In this document: one piece after another, positions 53,653 through 64,000 of the stretch | How positions within the stretch are numbered: position 1 is the first letter of the stretch | Layout: every line of letters begins with the position of its first letter | Position numbers and translations under genes: made by a program | Notes under the pieces: model-generated | What the model was told of the DNA's origin: nothing | What the model saw: only the letters and a program-made list of their open reading frames with translations | Databases searched by the model: none | Origin: Lytechinus pictus | Taxonomy: Eukaryota | Length of the DNA stretch: 64,000 nt | Assembly (NCBI RefSeq): GCF_037042905.1 | Contig: NC_087245.1 | Coordinates: 12,836,001 to 12,900,000, forward strand | Direction of reading: 5' to 3'

Positions 53653-53775
53653 GAGGTTCGAGCCCTGGTCACGTCTTTCGGATGGTGACGTTAAAGGTCG
53701 GTCCCAGACGTAAATAATCATTTCTGATTGATAAACATCTGACGAAACTCAAACGCACACACCCTCACACACACT
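53653..53775 (+). mobile_element. 5'-truncated tRNA-derived SINE
   Basis: Pol III B box GGTTCGAGCCC, a core TTTCGGATGGTGACGTTAAAGGTCGGTCCC resembling the Meta-SINE domain, and a (CA)-rich tail. Confidence 0.55.
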
Positions 53776-54651
53776 CTAGTGTGGTGTGAGTGTTAATGAT
53801 TTTGCACTACTATAGTTCTTTTCAATTCCCCTTCTCTTGTGTCAATCTGATTTGCGGATTTTGTGTGTGTACCCTATGTCGAAATTAAATGTTCGTGAAC
53901 ATAATTGTTTATGTATAGGGTGTGTGTATATGCAATGTGTGGTTTTTTTTTTCAATGTAAGTAGAAGGTTAATGTAAAAAATCATATGAGTGCAACAATA
54001 ATGCGTTAATTTTTTTTCTGCATATCTTTCAATATTATATGTATTATTAGGTTACATATAGGATCGGGGCTGAGTTAATTTTATATACACATATATAATT
54101 TTTATGGTATTTCATTCCATCATTATTTGCTTCAGTTTTTTTTATTTTTTTATTGTTGATATGAAATAAAGATTTGTTAATTTTGTTCGTACTTTATCTT
54201 GAGTTTATTTAAATGAAATCCTTAATAAAAAAACATGTTGAAAAAACGTAGCTCGCAGTTTGCGCTCGCATATTGTTTCTATCGCTTCTAAGCATTTGCA
54301 AACAAAACGTTCTGCTTTCAGGTCAAAATATCCTAAAATTCCAGCTTGCGCTTCGCACTCGCGTTATTCATTTATGTCTTATCCTTTTCTTCATTATATG
54401 AAATAAAGCTTTAAAAATATTTTTTAGGAATAACCCAACCCGACCAAAGAATAAAAAAGCTGTTAACTCTCAAAGCGGCCAATCCGTGACCACATAGTTA
54501 CAATATGGATATTTTTTTCTGCCTTCTTTGGCAAATGCTGGATTCGCCCCCTGCATTCGGATTTATTTCAATAAGCGATTTATACTTTCAGTAGCTTAAA
54601 GACCAGAATTTATAACTTTCGTGGAAGTTGGAAGGAGAGGAAATGATTTCA

Positions 54652-54663
54652 GAAAGTGAAACT
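54652..54663 (+). promoter_or_regulatory. ISRE/IRF-E-like motif
   Basis: GAAAGTGAAACT matches GAAANNGAAACT, next to GAGGAA (ETS-like) and ACGTCA (CRE half-site), about 1.3 kb upstream of the predicted TSS at 55929. Function is unproven. Confidence 0.4.
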
Positions 54664-55897
54664 GCGAATCCAGTCCATGCACGTCATTATGCTCTAAACC
54701 GTAGGAATGTCTTTTTAACTCTTTTCTTTTCATGAAAACCCGGTCTAAAAATTTGATTAATATTCAAAAAAGTGAATAGAGTGGACTGATTAAATCTTGG
54801 TAAAAGTTTGGATTTTAATGCACTCTTTGAGTGACTTTGTTATAAACAAAATTGTATAAATGCCCGTTGAACAGTAATCTATTCTAATAGTTATAAGCTG
54901 AGATTGTATGTTTACATTTCTGTCCCATTTCATGCTTGAGAATGGGTGTAGTGTCGAAGAGACAGAGAGGGTGAGAGATGGGGGGAAATAGTTCTTTGAA
55001 AAAAGAAAAAGTTTTTTATTCGACATTTTGAATATGAAATTTACCCATGAAAATAAGTTTTAGAAAACATCTTTCACATAACATCACTTGGATTTTTTTT
55101 TCATTATAATTGAAAATAAATTCAAATCCCAAGTGTTTCAAGTATATAGTCCTATTATGCCCATATTTTATACGATGATATTCATTCATAGCGACTGTTC
55201 AACAGGACATATAAAACGTTATGTGAAAGCCAAACAATAACACTCATATACAACATAAATCCAAAATGTATTAGTAAGAGTAATATTACGAATTAACTTC
55301 ATTTTATCTATAAAACTCCTCTCTAATAAAAAATGTAAGGACCTGGCATAAGTAACCTTTTTTTTGGGGGGGGGGATCCAGGTTACATCATAGCCATATG
55401 CTATACCTTTAAAGATTAACCAAAGAATTTAAGTTTGAAAAACATCCATTGTACTCGACTAGGTCCCCACTCATTGGTAAGAAAACTCATCTACTAATGT
55501 GACCATTTCCATTTCTGATTAATAGGCCTATATACTCTTTCCGCGTACCCCCATTTTACTTTGGATTAGAGTTTGATTAATTTCCTTTAAAAATCATATT
55601 CCCGAACATTCTGATTTATCTATTTTAAAAGAGCCTCATCGATTTTCCTTCACGCATTAGTTTTGCTAATTTCTGTCATCTATGTCATATCTACAACATG
55701 TGTGTTGTTTAATTTTCAGTTTATGTATAGTAACAAACTTTAACAATAAACATGCCTTTATCAATCCTTAGTTGTTTTGTACTCAGTGCATGACAGTAGG
55801 TTGCTTAAATGTCTTTCAAACGAAACACAACGTGATAAATCCCTGGAAATTCATTTCACGAAAGGCCAAAGTCTAAAGTATCATGGTTCAGCCTGCC

Positions 55898-55932
55898 TAT
55901 ATAAGTACCGATGTAGATATTGGATCTCAGTC
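55898..55932 (+). promoter_or_regulatory. TATA box plus initiator of the death-domain gene
   Basis: TATATAAG at 55898 lies 31 nt before the A of TCAGTC (55929); a donor AT|GTGAGT at 56117/56118 would close a 5'UTR exon. Confidence 0.55.
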
Positions 55933-56617
55933 AACGCTACACTATAGATGGGGAAAAACCCGCCCAATATTCGAGGGGATTTTTATGTTTGACGCCGCAA
56001 GCTCTGTGTACGAAAGGTCTATTCTGCTATTGCTTGTCGGTTGTGAATTGGTATAAATTCGCAAGAGTATACCATTACCCCGGACCATTACGCAGCAAAC
56101 CTCAATTTTAAAATCATGTGAGTATTGAAGTAAAGTTTGTCGACTTTACCATCGTTTATGATAAATATTGTTTGGTAATTTTATTCATAACAGTAACCTA
56201 TACTAGTAGTATTGACAATGGCACAGCATACCACTACAGGGAAAATCATACTCATTAGATTCCTGGCTGAGAGGAAAACTGTATGGGTCATTCTGTGGGG
56301 CCATTTTAGACTGTCCAGATAGGAATAGTAATTGGGCTTGAGCAATTGGGCAATTGAAGAGCTTTGAGAAACTATATGCGACTGCCTTGCCTTGTAGTAT
56401 CGTATTGTAATAGGCCTATGCTATGCTACACCACCGAAAATAATACAAACAAAGTCTTGATGGTCGACTATTGTGCAGATACATCGTTTTGGAGGCTGAT
56501 GCTACAGATCCAATACTCGTTTGTATTTCATTTTGTCTTTTATAAAATATATGTATTTTTGCCCCATTTTTGCTCAGTCATATATACTCTCTCATAAGGT
56601 TGACCTTACAAGACCTG

Positions 56618-56783
56618 GTGGGTGTTTCATAAAGCTGTTCGTAAGTAAAGAGCGACTTTAAGAACGACTGGTGATCCTTTTTTCTTATGGTAGAACTCCA
56701 TTGGCGATGGTTTAGCGCGTAAGAAAGGTTCACCAGTCGTTCTTAAAATCGCTCTTAACTTAAGAACATCTTTATGAAATGGC
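56618..56783. mobile_element. Palindromic MITE (same family as 36166-36533)
   Basis: GTTTCATAAAGCTGTTCGTAAG...CTTAACTTAAGAACATCTTTATGAAA. Confidence 0.8.
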
Positions 56784-57408
56784 CATGCAGTACTCCATCC
56801 CCCTCCAATCAAACCCGGGCAGGAAAAAAAATTGTTGCCCCAGTGCTATTTGGTGTCACCGAACCCCCCCCCCCCCAAACATGAATGTAAACACATTCAT
56901 GAATCCATGACACCAAGAGTATTTGCCAAGCGGACTCTTCTCTGAAACCTCTCCGCAGGGTCTCCAGCAGCTCGCGGTGATGACTAGGCGACGTTATGGA
57001 GATCTGTTCACAACTGAAAGAATATTCGCGACTGACGGAGACATACAGTAGAAACCTTTCAGGACACTGAAAAAAAAATCTTTAAAATCCCACTTTTTAA
57101 TTTTCACCGCGAGTTTCCAGAAGCCCGTTGAAGAAGAAAAATAACATGCGTTTAACTACTTTAACAAAACATGAAATGAAAATCAAGTTTGTACTTGTTT
57201 GTTTGTGATTCGCTTAAAATCTTATGTTTGTTTTTGTTACCTCCGATTCGAAGTCTTCCTTCTATTACGGGCGCCAAGAATCGTTAAGGGCACTTGAGTA
57301 GTCAACTGGACGGATAATCATCATCATCATGGGTTCCAAACAAACTCAGATCTTGTTATTAAAAGAAATCTAAATCATTTCTTATTGTAATTAATTGCGA
57401 CAGAAGAC

Positions 57409-60400
57409 ATGGCGGATTCAGGAGATCCGACAAATAGAAGTTCTACCCCATCAGATCAGATGAGCCGACCAGGGTCACTCAGGACCGATGGAGAGGTACC
57501 TCCAAACAACCCAACGAACCCGCCTTTATCAGGTAATAATTGAATTTAAAGTGATTTTTAATTGATTTAATTACCAAATGTCACTGATATGCATTCATTT
57601 GCTATTATATTAACAGGGGCGGATCCAGCCTCCGCCAATAGGGGGGGGGGGGCCGAATTTTTTTTCACCCATATTTTCCCCGATCGGCCGCTCTAAGTTG
57701 ATTTTTGTTTGTTTCTTTGAAGGGGTTGTCCCAGTGGCGTAATGAGCCCAAAAAAATTGAGGGGGCTCGATATGGCATATCGCGTAAAATACATGTATAT
57801 AAGAAGTTACGAGCGAGCGAGCAAAAATTTTGACATTTTTATTACAAAAATCCAAGTTCGTGATAGATTTTGACATAATATTTGGAAAATAATATTATTT
57901 TTCACCCTTATCCCTTTCCTTTTCTCTTTTTTATTCTTGATCGTGATTTTTTTGTTTTTTTTTGGGGGGGGGGGGGGCAAAATGCCCATGTCCTAACAGC
58001 CCTATTTAAATAGTGTGAGCGCGAAGTGCGAGCTAAACAATTTTGAAATTTCATGTATTTTTGTCTTGAAAATTTAACATTCTGGGTAATGTTTGTGAAC
58101 CTGAACAAGATGCGTATGCAACTAGATAATTACTGCGAGCGCGAAGCGCGAGCAGAAATATTTATAATGCGTTCTGGCCTTGTCGAAAAGGGACCTGTCA
58201 AGGACGTTTTGCAGTTAGCCATTAAGACGATACATATTTCAATGATAAAATAATGCGAGCGCAAAGCGCGAGCTGAAAATATTTTGAAGTTCCGGCCTAA
58301 ATTAACGTTTTATGCACTTTTTGTAATCATGAACGGTATAAGTATATAACCAAACAATTAATGCGAGCGCGAAGCGTGAGCAGAAAAAAATGAGATTTCA
58401 AACCTAAAAACGGGACACTCTCTTCATGTTTTGTAAATCATTAACAAATTTGGGTATAATTTGGGATCTTCCTACATTAATAATGCGAGCGCAAAGCGTG
58501 CGCAGAAAATTTTTGATATTCTGATCTGAAACTGGATATATAGGCTCATAATGATTTAAACAGAGAACAAGCTGCGTATCTGAATAAACATGCGTGCGTG
58601 TGTTTCATATTTTGACCTAGAATCTGGGCATTCTAAATACCTTTTTTCATCATGAAAATCAATAAAGCGAGCGCGAAGCGCGAGCTTAAAATATTTGATA
58701 TTCCGATCTGAAAAAAAAGTCAATTTAAGCTCTGTATTTCAAGCACTTGTGAGGTGGATATGAATCACAGTTAAACAAAGATCTGATATGTTTCATCATT
58801 ATTAATTTGAGTTTTGACATAGGACAGGGACATTCTAAGAACATTATGTCATCATATGAAAATGATGACTATCTTCCTATTTCTCTTCCTAAGCGGGAGA
58901 TGAAACTTGTCGATATTCCATTCTTAAAAGGGTCAATTCGATTATTAAATTAATATCTTATTTATTAATCTAATAAGCCTAATGAGAGCGAGAAATCTGT
59001 TAATTTATTATGGCCTGAAAACTGGACATTTAAAGCACTTTTGTAATTATGAATAAGATGCATGAGTTAATATAATTTCAACAATCAATGCGAGCGCAAA
59101 TCGCGAGCCGAAATTTTTTATAAACTGTCATGAAATGATTTTAAGTAGTTTGTTATAAAATTAAAATTGAGATATACATATCGAATCACCGATCAAAATG
59201 CGAGCGTGCAGCGCTAGCTGTTACGTTTTGACAATTTGAGCTGAATAGGGATACATGTATTTGAGAATTTAATGGAATACAGGAAAATAATAGGTACCTG
59301 CCACTATCAAATTTTGCGACCGCGCAGCGCGAGCAGAAAATATTAATATTCAGAAGATAAAACATAAATTTTTACAGAGCACTTTTTAAACATCAATTTG
59401 TAAATCAAACAAAATAATGAAAGTTTGATTTCCGAGCTGAAATATGTTTTATATATTGACTTCAAAATTTGATATTTAAGCTCCGTATTATATATAAATC
59501 ACCTAAAAGTCAATGCGAGCGCGAAGCGCGAGCGAAAATTTACACTGCATAGTGACATGAAATATTAAAAAAATTATTTTCCAAGTCTTCCCCTCATCTT
59601 ATTCTATTCACTCGTCTTCCTCCTCTTGTCATGTGTTTCCCCTTCTTTTTTCTCCTCTCTTTTCCCTTCTTTTTCTTTCTTCCCCCTTTTTTGCTCCGCC
59701 AATAGGGGGGGGGGGGGACGGGCCCCTCGGCCCCCCTGGATCCGCCTATGTCTTAACATGATGTACATGTATAGTATTTGGCAACTGGATATCACCTCAG
59801 TCAGTCTCTAAAACTAAACTTGCCCGGTAATAGCTAAAAATGGTATAGCCTTCTACACTCTCTGCTCGGCAAGCAGTAAATGGGGAGATCAATTCCTGTC
59901 GGTTCACCGGCGGATCCAGGGCCCCCCCCCCCTTTTGAGAAGCAAAATTAAAATTTGTAATTTAAAAAAATTTTTTGCTTGTCAAATTTGTCCGGTACGA
60001 AATATTCTTAATTTATGGTTGAAAACATTTTTTTTCATTTTTGCTCGTCAAAAATTTTCTCAGAAAAATCTGCCCCCCCCTTTTTTGGAACATCCTGGAT
60101 CCGCCCCTATGTCGGTTTCATTTTCCCTGACGGTTATCTATTAGGATAATCAAGTAGGTTATATGATTTTGTTTAATTAATTATATTAGTCCAAATTTTT
60201 CATGAAAGGCTTTCAGTGAAAGCCGAAGATTCTAGTTTGACAATGAGAGAAATAACAAATTACGAAAGCAGTATGATCAGATGACTGCCAACAAAGATGC
60301 AAACATTCGTCTGTGGATTTCTCGAGCCAAGATATCAGTGAAACAATCTCCCCGCCAGTGTTGCCTGATGTTCTGCTATTACTGGACCAAAGATATCATA

Positions 60401-62595
60401 GGTTTTTTTTTTTTTTTTTTTGCTTGTCAAAAAATGTTGGTGGTCCCCCTCTAAAATTTTGGTTAATAACCTTTTTTAATTATTTTGTTTTTTGCTTGTC
60501 AAATATGTTTCCTGCGTCCCCCCTAAATTCAGGAGGACCCCCCCTAAATTTTTGTGGTCGCCCCTAAAATGTTGGTTGATAACCTTTTTTTTTTTTTTTG
60601 CTTGTGAAATTTTTTACCTGTGTCCATCCCAAAATTTCAGGTGGACCCCCCTAAATTTGTTGGCTTCCGCCGCCAATGCATAGGTGACAGATATCAAGAG
60701 AGCCATTTTGGAGTTTCTGATTAATTCATATTTATTAAAATGGAAATTTTCACCTTTCTTGATTTCAGTTTGCGTCATCAAAACCGATAATAGACAGTTT
60801 TCGCAATCACTACGCGGCCGCTCTCTACAACGCACCGATTCCTTTGAAAATGCAAATCAAATCACAATGGAGAGCTGAGAGGCTTTTGTCGAAAGTTAGG
60901 GGACACGGACGGCAGCGTCGTCTCATGACTCTGGACAACGACATATTTGCAATTTTTCGTCCGGTGCATATCTTGATGATCTGCTCCCACTTTCGACAAA
61001 AGCCTCTCAGCTCTCCATTGTGATTTGACTTGCATTTTCAAAAGAATCGGTGCGTTGTAGAAAGCGGCCGCGTCGTGATTGAGAAAACTCTGTTATATCC
61101 ATGTGTTAATTGATGGCGTATGCCTATTCATGCTACAGTCACGCAACCAAATATCGATCGGCTTCAAACCGACCGATTATGATTATCTAAGACATTCGAA
61201 ACAATGTATGATCGGTCTGGAGTGTATTCCAGTGTATACTTTTATAAGTTTTTTCTCATATATTTGTGAGTCACACTCATCTGGTACGATGCAGTGTCTT
61301 AAAATAATATTACATGATGTGCATAATGTATTAGAGTTAAGTAATTTGTTCGAATTATTCTTTACAATTGTTACTTTGTGAACTGCATTGTATGAATTTA
61401 ATTTGAGAGAAAAACAATAAAACATCTTTTTAAAAAAATCCGTTAGTGTGACTAGCCTCAGGTAGAGCTGAAAAGGATGGGATGCACAATCTCATGGCTT
61501 TTGCTGACGTTAAAGGGGTACTCCGGTCTGAAAATATTTGTATCTAAATGAATAGAGTAAAATTCACAAAGCAAAATGCTGAAAATTTCATCAAAATCGG
61601 ACAACAAATAATGAAGTTATTGAATTTTTAAGTTTAGCGAGATTTTGTGAAAATATTTATATGCACGTCATCATGAACATTCATTTGATGGGCTGATGAT
61701 GCCACATCCTCATTTTTTTTTTTTTTAATGTCATTACTAGTACATGAAATCATAATTGTTTCATTTTTTCATACATGTGTGAATAATGTGTCTCCTTTAT
61801 AATGAAATGAGTTGCAGCAATGAATATCGAATGCACTAAATCAGCTGTCAATCCATTTTTTATTCAATTCTTGGTAGAAAAAAATTGAATAAACCTACAA
61901 ATTTCATATAATAAATACAAAAGAATAAGTGGGGATATGATACCATCAATTCGCTTATTGAATATTCATGAAGACATGCCAAGAACTGTTTCACCGAAAT
62001 AATGCAAAATATTTAAAATGCCATAACTTTGTTATTCTTTGTCCGATTTGATCACATTTTTAGTGTTTTGTTTGTCTGATTTTTCTTTATCTGTTTAAAT
62101 AAGATTATTTTCAGCCCGGAGCATCGGTTTAATATCTCACTCTAATTTCTTCCAACATAAAAAATGAGAATAGTTGAAATAGTCTACGCATTCTTTATCT
62201 GTTCTTCCCTACCCCCCCCCCCCCACTAATTTCTACACCTCTGCTTGTCTATTAAACTGTCTCTATATCTTTGTCAAATTTTTGCTCTCCAATTTTTTCA
62301 TCAATCTTACTATCTCACTATACAGTGGATCGAAGCCCGTTTACGGATTTAGAATGTCATGAGCTAGCCAGTTTACTCCATCCGGATGATTTCCGCCGCC
62401 TTGGTCTGATATTGGGATGTCATGAAGCGGCGATCAGTAGATACGGAATGCAAAACAGAGATGGAAGATATGAGGGTACTTATAAGATGCTCACTGATTG
62501 GAAGAAGGGAGTCTTAGACCATGATCAGAGAGAAAATTTATCAAATGGATTGAATAAGGCAGGGGTGATTTCATTAGCTTTCCAGGTCCGGCATG
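57409..62595 (+). CDS. 5' part of a death-domain protein (possibly an NLR-type immune gene); continues beyond the window
   Basis: Exon 57409-57532 (ATG, Ser/Pro-rich, phase 1) joins the symmetric phase-1 exon 62326-62595 encoding FTDLECHELASLLHPDDFRRLGLILG...GTYKMLTDWKK...LSNGLNKAGVISLAFQV, a six-helix death-fold pattern with the typical ML..W motif. Confidence 0.75.
57614..59750. mobile_element. 2.1-kb non-autonomous TIR element with internal GCGAGCGCGAAGCGCGAGC tandem units
   Basis: TIR CAGGGGCGGATCCAG / CTGGATCCGCCTATG; motif copies near 58015, 58135, 58255, 58363, 58485, 58667, 59090, 59200, 59317 and 59515. A short relative lies at 59908-60110. Confidence 0.8.
60796..61089. mobile_element. 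Foldback/MITE with about 100-bp inverted arms
   Basis: CAATCACTACGCGGCCGC...GGCTTTTGTCGAAAGT versus its reverse complement at 60988-61089. Confidence 0.8.
61514..62128. mobile_element. TTAA-flanked non-autonomous DNA transposon (Kolobok-like)
   Basis: TTAA-AGGGGTACTCCGG...CCGGAGCATCGGT-TTAA. Confidence 0.72.
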
Positions 62596-63499
62596 GTAAG
62601 TATATAGCATTCATACTATATAATATGCCCCATTGCTCATAATCATAACCAAATATTCCCGTTCCTTAAGTAATACAAATTGGTTTCTATACTTGTAATT
62701 CACCCCGGTAGCATACACGTCATCATTTGATACTAAAACATGTAAAAAGGTGTTTTCCTCAATTATACTGTGACCACTTTCAGAATACAAGCACAATGAA
62801 CGTAAACCTGAAATCGAAGGTCATTTCTATTAAAAGAACAAAAAATGGATGGTGTTATAATTGAGAATTCATAGCAATACTAAAGTGAAAGGACTTAAGA
62901 TAACTTCTGTATAACTCCTTTGTGTGAGACATCACAAGATGATGACTCAAGTAACCACAAATGCCAATGAGATGAAGACAGTACTCTTTCTATCCATGCT
63001 AAAATGACAATTAATTATTGTACAAATGAATTAGGGGCCGTTTAATAAAGCTGTTCGTAAGTTAAGAGTGACTTCAAGAACGGTTGTTGATCCTTTCTTG
63101 TGGTAAATGCAGGCCGTCGCTAAAGGGGGGGGGGGGTGTGGGGGTGCGACACCTAAATCTAAAAAAAAGCAACAACCCCAGCTTGCGCTTCGCGCTCGTA
63201 GCATTGTATTGAAATCCACATCCTCTCTAAAAATTTCCTGAAGAGTGCTTAAAATGGTCCCTTTCGGGTCAGTAAGTCAACATTTTCAGCACGCGCTTCG
63301 TGCTCGTATTCTCTTTATTGGGATACACAGCCTGTCCAGTTACAGATGCAGAATCCGAACTTGTTCTAAATAATAACGAGTGGAGCGCCTCTGGCAGCCT
63401 CACCTGCATTAGGCGATTCGATATAGCAGTAGTGCTGACTTTGAAAACTACTATAAAATAATTATTCACAAAAAACACCATTCATATAATGATACAATA

Positions 63500-64000
63500 C
63501 TGCGTTCATTGACCCTAAATAATATTGGACTTTGATCATGTGACCTGAGACTTGTCAGTGATACTTGATTACCCCTATGTCCACATTTCATAAACTATAT
63601 CCATAAACTCTGAAAGTTATGAAAGCAATGTAATAATTACCTCCAACGTGGCCAAAGTTCATTGACCTTAAATGACCTTTGACTTTGGTCATGTGACCTG
63701 AAACTCGCACGAAATATTAAGTGATACTTAATTACTCTTATGTCTAAGTTTTATGAACTAGATCCATACACTTTCAGAGTTATGATGGTAATTCAACAAA
63801 TACCCCCAACTTGGCCAAAGTTCATTGACTTTAAATGGCCTTTGACCTAAGTCATGTGACCTGAAACTCGCACGAGATGTTCAGTGATACTTGATTACTC
63901 TTATGTCAAAGTTTTATGAATCAGATCCATAACTTTTCGCATAAACTTTCGAAGTTATGATGGTCATTCAACAAATACCCAAATTTGGTAAAAGTTCATT
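63500..64000. repeat. Tandem 150-175-bp repeat (TGACC-rich), truncated by the window end
   Basis: GTTCATTGAC recurs at about 63505, 63657 and 63820 (partial at 63994) with shared CATGTGACCTGA and AGTGATACTT blocks. Confidence 0.85.

Larger units (their letters stand above)
52000..55305 (+). repeat. Diverged local direct duplication (about 52000-52945 and 54633-55305)
   Basis: Collinear shared blocks GAGGAAATG.TTTCAG.AAGTGA.ACTG.GAATCCAGTC.ATGCACGTCATTA, AAAACCCGGTCT, TGTCCCATT.CAT.CTTGAGAAT, ATAGCGACT and AATAACACTCATA. Confidence 0.75.

Noticed and set aside
53700..53752. Hammerhead ribozyme-like CTGA...GAAA in the SINE
   Set aside because: The CUGAnGA core is imperfect and I could not build the three stems.
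55945..55985. NF-kB-like sites (GGGGAAAAACCC, GGGGATTTTT) near the death-domain gene TSS
   Set aside because: Neither fits GGGRNNYYCC fully; too weak to call.

Overview
AT-rich, intron-rich animal genomic DNA; the repeat landscape suggests a sea urchin or other echinoderm (inference). Three host genes were reconstructed by hand from splice sites. (1) A complete 13-coding-exon SLC35F5 transporter on the minus strand (614-34085, 489 aa). (2) Head-to-head with it, a Shiftless (SHFL/C19orf66/RyDEN)-family gene on the plus strand (about 40251-46281), whose N-terminus looks like a degenerate KH domain rather than the vertebrate N-terminus. (3) The 5' part of a death-domain gene with a TATA/Inr promoter and an upstream ISRE-like motif; it runs off the window end. 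An SLC35F5 intron holds an intact, apparently very young CsRn1-clade Ty3/Gypsy retrotransposon (23657-29223) with 704-bp LTRs identical by eye, a tRNA-Trp PBS, and a G GGA AAC slippery site plus predicted pseudoknot for -1 frameshifting. That is the signal class SHFL proteins inhibit. Many non-autonomous DNA transposons, a SINE and a LINE fragment are also present. The most unexplained pattern is a strong, regional excess of TA-NNNN-TA palindromes: TACATGTA across the SLC35F5 gene body and a TAGATCTA/TAGGCCTA hyper-cluster at 31.8-33.1 kb. One in-window paralog pair differs by exactly TA versus TAGGCCTA. All counts and alignments were done by eye.
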